Shown in pieces: positions 53,591 to 64,000 of a stretch of 64,000 nucleotides of DNA. This stretch comes from Blastocystis sp. Blastoise (lineage: Eukaryota; Protista; Bigyra: Opalinata): assembly GCA_039096225.1 (NCBI GenBank), contig JBBPEB010000007.1, forward strand, positions 992,001 to 1,056,000. The letters are read 5' to 3'. Made by a program: the position numbers and the translations under genes. Positions within the stretch are counted from its first letter, which is position 1. Each line of letters begins with the position of its first letter. Under the pieces are notes generated by a model that saw only the letters and a list, made by a program, of their open reading frames with translations, searched no databases and was not told the DNA's origin.

Positions 53591-54577
53591 ATGAATAAAA
53601 AGGCTGCTATTGGCTTATTTTTAGGAGGATGTTTTAGTTCATGGATACTTAAGCGAATTTATAATCGTTTGTTTGTCGAGAATGAGCCTGTACATATTTA
53701 TGGTCATTCATTCTATATTGGAATTACTGTCTGTGCAACAAAAGTCCGAGCTGGAGTTGTTCGTGATGATTTTGTGATTATTTCTCGAAAGACTATTCCT
53801 ATATGTAGTAGAAATTCTGAAGCTGTGATTACAATTATACTTACTTTGATTGATGAAGTGATTACAATGTCTGGATTATCTAGAAGCTCAATAGAATCTA
53901 TTGGAATTGGAATTCCTGGATATATTAGTCATCGAACAGGAATTATACTCCAAGCATCTCATTTCCCTGAATGGAAAAATATACCTATTACTGATATTAT
54001 ATATGAACATACACATATAAAAACATATGCAGATAATGATAGTAACGTTCTTACTTTATATGAATATGTTCATGGAAATAAGGATATACATAAAGATATA
54101 TTTGTATTAAGTATATATATATGATTATTAGGGTATTTATGTGATATACTGTTTTCTTATATATTTTTTATTTATATAATTATTTATGTATATTTTTATT
54201 TATTTCATAGTCTATATATATAATTTTTATGTATATTTTTATTCTATATCTATAGTGTTATGAATATATTATATATATATAGATGTGAGTAGTGGTGTTG
54301 GTGGTGGATATATATGTGATAATCATCTAATGAGAGGATTTCGAGGGGGAGTCGCTGAAATTGGACATAATGTATATATATATATATAGAATAACTTTTT
54401 AAAATTTTGAGTCAATATTTTATTTTTATTTATTACAGATATTATTTAATATTCGTTATTAGTTATATAAGTATATCGATATAAATATTATTAATTAATC
54501 TTCTTTCTCTATAGATCTATCGACCAAATGGATATAAATGCTTATGCGGACAAAGGGGATGTGTTGAAACTATATAT

Positions 54578-54619
<42 letters not shown>

Positions 54620-55574
54620 TTTATCAAAATGGAACTATTATGAATTTAAATATATATATAAATAAAAGTATACAATATATATATACATGTAAATAGTATG
54701 CTTCTATTCTTGCGCTTGTTGCACGTGCAAAGAGAGAACTAGAGAAACTGAAGACAGTTCGATCTGCATATAATAATCAAATTGATACTTCTTCTGAATT
54801 GAAACGAAATTATTCTCAAAAATCAATTTTAACTAGTTCATTAGAAAATGTTTCTCCTGTATATATAATATATATATATATTATTATTAAACATCTATAA
54901 CATATAGTTTTCATATCAATATATATATATTTATTATATCATTTACTATCAGTATTATATATATATATATATTTATATATAATTCTTCTTCTCTATAGTT
55001 AACAGCTGATTCTGTTGTAACGGCCGCAGAAGCAGGTGATCCGATTGGATTAAAGTGCTTTATTGCTTCTTGTGTCTCTATCTCTATTTGCTGCATTAAT
55101 ATATATAAATCATTTGATCCTGAAGTATATTTATATGCTTATTATATAATAATACTAATAATACTAATTAAAAAAAATATATATATTTAAATTTTAAATG
55201 AAAATATGAATGTATAAAAAAAGAACAAATAATAATAATACTATATATAGATTATTATTCTTAATGGAAGTTTAGCGAATGCTGGGATACTACTTTATGA
55301 TTATATTAATATATATATTGATTTATTCCATGGAAATATGAATGTTTATGAAGATATTCCTATTAAAGAATATGATAGTACCTATTATCAAAATATTGTG
55401 AATAAGATTAATGATTATAATATTACTCGAGATCCAGAGAATTATACGGAAAGAATTAAAATAAAAGAAACTGATAATACGATTATTGTTGGTAAAACTT
55501 GGGTCATTCCTGGAAGTGGTGGTGATGAAGCAGGCATCATTGGAGGAGCTGCTTTAGCTATGAACATACTGTAG
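53591..55574 (+). CDS. ROK-family sugar kinase/repressor-like protein with N-terminal hydrophobic segment; 6 exons
   Basis: SIGIGIPG, ADNDSN, SGVGGG, AEIGH, CLCGQRGCVET-YAS, FDPE-IIILNG and AGIIGGA motifs. Confidence 0.88.
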
Positions 55575-56077
55575 TTGACGCATTTATTCGCATTGTTATA
55601 CTTGTTTTGTTTCATTTAATTATGAAAATTTTAATCAATATATATTTTAAAACAATTTTTACAAGTAAACGTTGCGATGTAAAATATATTTCATAATGAA
55701 TTTTCATATAAATAATTGTAATCACAACATTATTTCTCTGTTTCATATAAAAACAATGGTCAATAATATCTTGAATTCATTCAGACTAAACTAATGATAA
55801 ATAAAAGAATAACTTAACATTAAAACATGAATATCAACAAAAAATTAAAAAAAAACAATAAATACTGAAATATTCTTGAATAGTCTTAATGTCTTTTCAC
55901 TTCCGGTGTCGTTTTTAGTTCTCTAGAAATAATACCAAATAAAAATATAGTTGGGGAGATTTCAGCTCATTTTTTTTATTTATTCAATACACTTGCAACT
56001 AGAAAAATTCAACGTTTTTGTTTTTTTCAAAAATAGTATAAAGCAATTATTTCCTCATATTTACTGTTTATAATAAA

Positions 56078-56873
56078 ATGCTTGTTCCTAAAAGAAATCG
56101 TGTTTTAATTTATTCTTATCTTTTTCAAGAAGGTTGTATTGTCATTAAAGATAATGTAGCTTGCAATAGATCTTTTGGTAAAGACGAAAAGGGCCAAGAT
56201 CAAGTTGTTCCTAACATTGAAGTTATCAAAGTATTACAATCTCTTTGGTCTAGAGAATATGTAAAAAAAACTTATTCTTGGTATATTTCTATGAATCAAC
56301 GATATTTTTTATATAATAAAAGCTAATATATATGTGAGATTCGCTTGACTTTATTCGTTAAAACATTATTTAATTTCTAGCCATTATAAAATATATACTT
56401 TTAGGTGTCATTTCTATTATTTCCTTACCGATGCTGGTATTGAATACTTAAGAAATTATCTTCATCTTACTGCTGATGTCGTTCCTGCCACACTTAAAAA
56501 GCAAGCTCCTGTGTATGTAATTTATTTTTTAGTAACATTCTTTTTATTTGTTTTCTAATAATTGAATATATATATGTTTCATTATACTAGTTTTATATGT
56601 ATAATTCTATATAGTCGTGCTGAAAATGAAGATAGACCTCGTATATCCTATAAATGAAATTATTGATATATTTTATTTATTTTATATACTCAAATATAAT
56701 GATTAAAATATATATGTAAATAATATATATATCTTTTTTATAGGTCGTTTCAATGGTGAAAGAAAGACTTTCGTATGTTTATAGGCTATTTAAAAATAAT
56801 TTTATACATATTATTATAGCGTCGTAACTTCCGTGGTCCTAAGACTGAAGCTGCTGCTCCTGTTCAAGCTTAA
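56078..56873 (+). CDS. RPS10: 40S ribosomal protein S10 (eS10); 5 exons
   Basis: [19 protein letters not shown]...VPNIEVIK...[17 protein letters not shown]...VVPATLKK. Confidence 0.95.
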
Positions 56874-57314
56874 TTTTCTTGATACATTTCAACAACTTTT
56901 TTTTTGATTATATAATTTAGAGGAAACCTTTTTACATACTTTTTGTTACGTTCTCATTTTATTTCTTTTCATATTTATAAGAGATTCAAGTGTCTAAAGT
57001 ATAATTATTTTCAAATTGCGAAATACATTTATAAAAAAGTGAGTCTTTATTATTAGTAGAATAGTTAGACTATGATAAGAAATTAAAGTAGTTTTTGTTG
57101 TTTGATTATAGTTTATAATGAGATTAATGACAAAAAGCATTAAATTACATACAAAAATGTTCCAAAAAACAGTCAACTCTATTAAATGTGAAATTCCCTA
57201 CAAAAAAACATTTATCCCAAGGTTTTCCACCACAAATCAGAGAAGGTTCTCCACATTTATTTCGTTTTTCCACATAAATTCTATAGATTACATTCCTTTA
57301 AACTACTAATTATA

Positions 57315-58162
57315 ATGGATAGAACACCTTGCCCTTGGAGATTATTAGATGATACTGGTGGTGCTTTTATGATGGGTGCTATTGGTGGTGCTATGTGGCA
57401 TCTTTACAAAGGAGCTCGTAATTCACCCAAAGGGACAAGAATATCAGGAGCTATTTCTGCTATAAAAACTCGTGCTCCAGTCTTAGGTGGTAGTTTTGCT
57501 GTATGGGGTCTTTTATATTCAGCATGTGATTGTAGTTTAGCTGCTATCAGAAGAAAGGAAGATCCTTTCAATTCTATTCTTTCTGGTGGTTTATCTGGTG
57601 GTTTATTAGCATTAAGAGGTATATCTAGAGTTCAATACATTGCTTTTTTTTTCCTTTTCTACTCTACTCTCTTTTATTAAAGAAGAATTCGAAAAATTAA
57701 TATTAACTCTATTTTTGATTACTTATAGGAGGTCTTAAAGCTTTTTCTACAAACTTTTTGGTTGGTTGTGGTATGTTAGCACTTATTGAAGGTGCTAATA
57801 TGTGGTTAACGAAAAGTGTACAAACTAAAGTTGAAAATATGCAAGAAGAAGCTTTTGGTAAAAATGGTATATTTTTTTATTATATATGTTTTTTTCTTTC
57901 ATTCTAATTAATTTTTCTTTTTTTTTTTTTTTTTTGAAAAACTAAATTTATTTTGATAGTTAATATATATATTATAATATTTATAGTTCTTGCTCTTACT
58001 CCTCCTCATACTAACACAAAAGAATTTATGAGTATATATTTTTTTATTTACTTTATGACTATTGAATATTATCCTATTATTATTCAATTCATTTCTTTAT
58101 ATATAGCTGCAAATGTGGAAAAACAATTTGTTGATGAATCCTTTAAATCACAATTTCATTAA
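57315..58162 (+). CDS. TIM17: Mitochondrial inner membrane translocase Tim17; 4 exons
   Basis: [43 protein letters not shown] and LALIEG motifs. Confidence 0.93.
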
Positions 58163-59430
58163 ATAGGGGAATTTTATTTTTTTTTGCTTATATATAGGAT
58201 CATTTATATTTTATATTTTTTTCTCTTATATATATATACTATTTATGTATAACAATTTCAAGGGGTTTTTCATTTTTAAATATTATTCTGTAATTATTTG
58301 CTTTTTGTTAGCTATTTAATGAAATCATATTTTTTAAATATTTTTAAAAATAATACTGATATTAATGTAATTTAATGGTGCCCTTTACAGTTTTCAAACA
58401 GTCAATTATATTAGAGTTAAAAGTTACACGTTAAACCATAAAATTTATGAATGAAATATGATTATATGATATATAAGCATTTTTACAAACACTCTACAAA
58501 TTTGAGTTTTATTTTTTTTTGTGGAAATTAAAAATATAAATATGATAGTGGAATTCAATTAAAAAGCCAAGAAATAACAATTATGATATTACACACAAAT
58601 ATGTCTTTAAAAAATAATAATTTCAAAAAGCTCTAAACAAAGGTTTCATTTTTCTATTTGGATATATTTATCAAACGTATGTTATCAGCAACATCGTACT
58701 TATTCTTGCTATAACTAATTAAAAGCAAGTTTTATTAATTTCACATTAAAAAGAATTCAATTTTTTGGAAAAAGAATAAGCAAATAGCAAAAACTGGGAA
58801 AATACCAGAACTCCCCCAGAAAGCTGGATTAATCTGGAATAAGAATTAGTATTCTAAAAAAAGATCTTTTAAAAAATATATCAGGAGAAACATCGAATGA
58901 GTTCGATAACAATCATGCGCCAAAAAAAGATAACAGGGCCTTTTTAGCGAGAAAGGCGTAGACTAGCAGAAACTCTAATACACCAAATAAAAGGTGTGTG
59001 TCATCACTAAGAAAAGAAATGATTGGAATAATACTTTTTTTGTTTATCAAATAGAAAAAGTAGATCTTTTAAAAACCAAGAATGATTTGATTATTCAATT
59101 GCGTATTCATCCGAGAGATTCCGTGGAAATAAAAGAAAAAGATCCAAAAATTAACGTTAAAAACACTGTACTTGTGAGTATGGTTTTTATTTAAAAAATA
59201 GCCAATCATATATGATAAATATATTTACATCTATATTTGTCAAAACTGATAATGTTTTGTTTGATTGGTTTTGCAATTTTTGTGTTTACAACTGTTGAAG
59301 GTATTTGATTATTTCTTAAATAATCCGTCTTTTTCGTTTTTTTTCAAGATTTTTTCCAGAATAGCGATATGGAACCATAAGCAATGAAATAATGAGTGAT
59401 AACATCGCATATTTTTTTTTGAATAATAAG

Positions 59431-62400
59431 ATGAAGAATATTATTGTCCTCACTTTATTCATACTTGGTATGTACTAAAATCTATATATATTTATCGTAT
59501 ATAGCTATTGCTAATGCTATAACTTGTACCAGCCCTAAGTCCGCTTATTCTATTAAGAGAACTTATGCTGGAGATGCTTTCCAAGAGTATATCTATATTT
59601 ATGAGGGTTCTGCTACTGGTACCCTTGTATTTCAGAAGAATGGTATTAATATGGCTAATTCAATCCAAACATACGAAGTTTGCCTTAAGAGTGGTCAACA
59701 TACCTTTGTTGCCACTGATGGGTATATATATATATATATATATTCATGACATTTGTTTAAAGAAAAACCGTGTTTTCTGCTTTAGATTATTTCTATTTGT
59801 TACATATATAGTGGTAGTAATGGTTGGGGTAATGGTTCTCGTTTTGAACTTGTCAATGGTAGAACTAATGTTATTCTTGAAGGTACCTTAGATTTTGGTA
59901 GTAGAAGAGAATGGACTATGTACCGTATGTTTTTGTTTAAAAAAAATTATTATTTTTTCCATTATTTTATTAATTTAAAAAAACTAATTTATAGAATTGA
60001 TAGTTTTTTTAGTTGCTTATTATATATATCTATAGTTGGTGATATTGTTCCTGAGGTATCTTTTTGGAAATATAGTGCTGTTCCTCAAGGTGATAATTCT
60101 TGGACTACTTCTAGTGTTTCTACTACTTGGCAAAGCTATGTAAATGGTAACTTCCCTGCTAGTAGTTCTATGACTAGATATTTCACCATGGATGCTTATC
60201 TCCCTAGTAATCTTCCTGAAAGTATTGCTATTTATGAAATTGGTGTTAAATCTGGTGAAGGTATTATTATCTATGTAAATGGTGTTGAAATTTATCGTTT
60301 TAATTTACCTACTGGTGTTATTACTTCTAATACTGCTGCTGTTGCTACTGAAACTGCTCTTTACAGAAGAGTTACTGGTCTTTTCAAGGATATATCTAGT
60401 AATACTAAAGTTACTATTTCTGTTGAAATTCATGGTACTGATCTTACTCCTAAAGCTGAAGATTTTGTTGCTTATATGTATCTTGTTGATGGTCGTATGT
60501 ATTTAGTGTTTTATATATATATAAATACTGTTTTTTTAAATATTATTTTAAATATAAATAATAATTATATGTATAATATGTTATATATTAACAAATAAAT
60601 GCTTGCATTCATTATTATATATTATTTATATATAGCTCAAGTTACTCGTACTCATGATGGTTCTATTAATTCTAATCATATGAATGATTGGGACAGTCAA
60701 AGAGCTATTTATGCTTTTGATGATGATATTAATACTGAATGGTTCTACAATGCCTTACCTGCTTGGATTGATTATAACTTTGATAATTCTAGAAAGGAAA
60801 CTATTAATCGTTATTCAATTACTTGTGGTGTTGTTCAAACCCCTCGTCGTCCTAGTTCTTGGAAAGTAGAAGGTACTAATGATGATGAAACTTATGTCCT
60901 TCTTGATTACAGAACTAATATGAATTTCCCTGAACGTGGATTTACTATGACTTTTGATCTTAATACTAATAAAATTGCTTATAAGACTTATCGTTTTACT
61001 GTTTGTATGTTTATATATTTATTTATAATCAATAGTGTTTTTTATAGTATCATATTATTATTTTTTTATTATTATTTTTTATAATTAAAAAACAGCTATG
61101 ATTAATATTTTATATAGTAACTTCCTTAAATAATTATAGTCAAGGTGAAATTGCTGAAATTCAATATTATGGTGCTAATAAGGCTTCTGTTGCTCCTGTT
61201 CTTAGTTATAGTTCTTCTAACTTAGTTCTTATTGCTAATATGGATACTATAAATGAATACCCTGCTGTTACTGGTTACACTAGTTTCACTATGACTCCTG
61301 ATATTTCTGAAGGTCTTTTCTTTGATAATTCAACTGGTTTAATTACTGGTACTCCTAGTGCTTCTATTCCTACTCAATCTTATGTTATTACTGCTATTTA
61401 TTCTTTAACTGGTGAAACTCAAACTGCTACTGTTTCTATTACTGTTAGTGAGTGTGTTGCTCCTAATGTAAGAATTGATTTACAAAAATATACTGCTTCT
61501 AATGTTTTATATGGTTATGATGAATATTTTGATTTATATAATAATCAAAATCAATTAATTGCTACTCATAAGGGTCAAATGTATTATCATGATAATGCTT
61601 ATTATGCAGCTACTCAGACTTGGAAGTATTGTTTACCTGGTGCTCTTTATAAGATTAAAGCTTATGGTTTTAGTTCTGATGGTTGGTCTGGTAATTCTCG
61701 TTTAACTACTACTATTTATAATGGTTATACTTCTTATCATGATCATACTTTTACTTTATATCAAAAACAATCTGACGAGTTCCTTATTAATGCTAAATTT
61801 GAAACTCCTGTTTCTACTTTTGGTTTATTTAATCAAACTGCTAATCCTCTTGAAAATTGGTATCTTCCTACTGTTATTAGTGACGATTGGACTCCTATTG
61901 TTGATAATACTCCTGTAGGTGCTTCTAATGGTGTTTGGTATATTCGTCAAACTTATACTATTTCTGATCTTGCTAATATTAATTCTTGGGAATATCAATT
62001 TACTATGAGAGCTGGTATTATTGTTTATCTTGATGGTGAAGAAATCTATAGAAATAATCTTGATGCTGATGCTGTTATTGCTTTTGATTCTGCTGCTACT
62101 TCAGGTGTTGCTTCTACTGAAGCTTATGTATGGGGTGCTGTAACTGGTACTATGGCTAAAATGACTGTTGGTACTCATGTTTTTGCTATTGCTTATGTCA
62201 ATAAAGCAGGTTATACTGCTATTGAAGCTGATTTCATTGGCAAACTTCATTTATTAGCTTCTTCTAATAAATCTAGTAGAACTAATTATATTGGTGTCTG
62301 GGTAACTAATGAAGCTAATGCTGATGATGCTGCTCAATCTCATGTTTTTGATCATGATCATACTTCTCATTGGATTTCTACTGGTAGTACTTCTTCTCCT

Positions 62401-64000
62401 GTTGAAGTTAGAGGTAGATTTAGTGCTAACAGATTAGAAACTATTAATAAATATTGTATTACTAAAGCTAGATATGGTAGTAATGCTGATCCTATGTCTT
62501 TTAAGATAGTTGCTTCTAAATTTGTTACCTCTGTTTGGACTACTCTTGATGAACATAATGATATTGAATGGAATAATTATTCTGAAACTCGTTGTTTTAT
62601 TATGCCTTTCCAAACTACTGCTTATTATCAATATAAGATTCAAATTACAAAGACTCCTTCTTTAAGTGGTGGTAAGATGACTGCTGCTATTGCTGAATGG
62701 GAATGGTTTACTGTTGATTATACTAATTTTGTTGTACCTGAATTCGCTTATACTACTTCTTCTTATGTTGCTTATAAAGATATTTCTATGTCTAATAATA
62801 ATCCTACTACTGAATATTTCAGAGATTTCACTATTACACCTGCTCTTCCTGCTGGTATTTCTCTTTCTGCTTCTACTGGTAAGATTGGTGGTATTCCAAC
62901 TGCTGTTGCTCCTCAAACTACTTATACTATAACTGCTGTAAATGTTCAAAATGTTACTGTTTCTACTTCTGTTGTTCTTACTGTTGCTGAGTGTGTTTCT
63001 CCTCTTACTCCTCTTGTTCTTTCTTTTACTGGTATGAGTACTGGTAATACTCAAGAAGTTGGTTTTGCTCTTCTTGATGTTAGTGGTAACTATATCGTTC
63101 AAGTTCCTAGATTCTCTAATTGGCAAGGTGATATGACTTATTCTTTCTGTACTACTTCTTCTAAACATTATCTTGTTCTCTATGATCAAAAGAATGATGG
63201 TTGGAGTAATCAAAAAGTTGCTGTTTCTTTTGGTGGTGTTGCTGCTGGTTCTTATAGTTGTGGTAATGGTGAAGCTCCTAAGACTATTACTATTGCTCCT
63301 GGTTCTGGTCTTGAAATGGGTGCTGCTACTTGGAAATATACTTCTCCTTCTGAAGCTCCTGCTGCTGAATGGAAACTTGCTTCTTTTGATGATGCTGCTT
63401 GGTCTCAAGCTGTTAGTGGTTCTTTTACTGATTTAACTGCTACTACTGCTTATTATAGATATAAAATGACTATTACTAATCTTGGTGATTATAACTACTT
63501 TGAATTTACACTTAAACTTAAGGCTGGTTGTATTGCTTATATTAATAATAAAGAAATTTATAGATATAATCTTCCTGATACTGTAGATCATACTACTGCT
63601 GCTTCTGCTGCTTTTGATAATACTGTTTCTGTCATGAATAGTGGTTCTATTAATGAATATTTAATTGAAGGTATTAATATTATTGCTGTTGAAGTTCATA
63701 GATATGGTGAAACTCATGAAACTAATTTTGATGCTAGTTTATTATTATATTCTGCAACTACTAAACGTATGAATAATGCTGCTGTTAGTTCTGTTTATCA
63801 AGGTTATGATAGTGATGCTTGGCATGAAACTTATGAATATGCTTTTGATGGTAAGAGTTCAACTAAGTATAATTCTAATAATTGTGGTACAGATAATGCT
63901 TTTACTTATACTTATGATAATGGTGCTAGACAATATATTAGTAGATTTTTATTCTACAGAGCTAATATGGGAAATCGTATTCCTACTGTTTTCAGATTAA
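59431..64000 (+). CDS. Large secreted/surface protein with repeated galactose-binding-like, F5/8 (discoidin)-like and putative Ig (He_PIG-like) domains; runs off window end
   Basis: Signal peptide MKNIIVLTLFIL; three G-x-I-x-Y-x-(N/D)-x-x-EIYR-x-NL units; AFD/VFD..T-x-W units; PALPAGISLSASTGKIGGIPT. The final exon is open from ~61097 to 64000. Confidence 0.8.

Noticed and set aside
56281-56820. Intron-encoded snoRNAs in RPS10
   Set aside because: No paired C/D boxes or H/ACA structure visible by eye.
44082-58162. Clustering of mitochondrion-related genes (carrier, LYR, TIM17)
   Set aside because: Interspersed with unrelated genes; cannot be distinguished from chance in one window.
1-64000. 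Genome-wide alternative genetic code or poly(A)-created stop codons
   Set aside because: The complete genes I traced end in genomic TAA/TAG, and no conserved exon needed stop read-through.

Overview
Very AT-rich, intron-dense eukaryotic nuclear DNA using the standard genetic code. Gene content and style suggest an anaerobic stramenopile such as a Blastocystis-like lineage, but this is inference only. I assembled exon chains by hand for about 15 protein genes: TFIIA large subunit-like (partial), a hypothetical protein, a DYRK/HIPK-like kinase, a DHHC palmitoyltransferase, alanine aminotransferase, an 18-kb VPS13, a GT31 galactosyltransferase, galactokinase, mitochondrial phosphate carrier, an LYR protein, a RING protein, a ROK-family protein, RPS10, TIM17 and a large secreted lectin/Ig-repeat protein (partial). 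Typical introns are GTATAT...TATAG. Three things stand out. (1) The apparent gene desert is an 8.55-kb CACTA-type element (35242-43792; perfect 15-bp TIR, TAA target duplication, subterminal repeats). It has no visible transposase and carries two clusters of spliced-looking exons without a long ORF, a ~3.8-kb polypyrimidine tract and a degenerate tRNA-like sequence. (2) Splicing is partly non-canonical: two AT-AC U12-type introns, plus introns in conserved genes that can only be framed with GG-AG and AT-AG ends. (3) Two sugar kinases carry apparent membrane anchors. Many ORF-track entries are artefacts of AT/CT-rich introns or antisense shadows.
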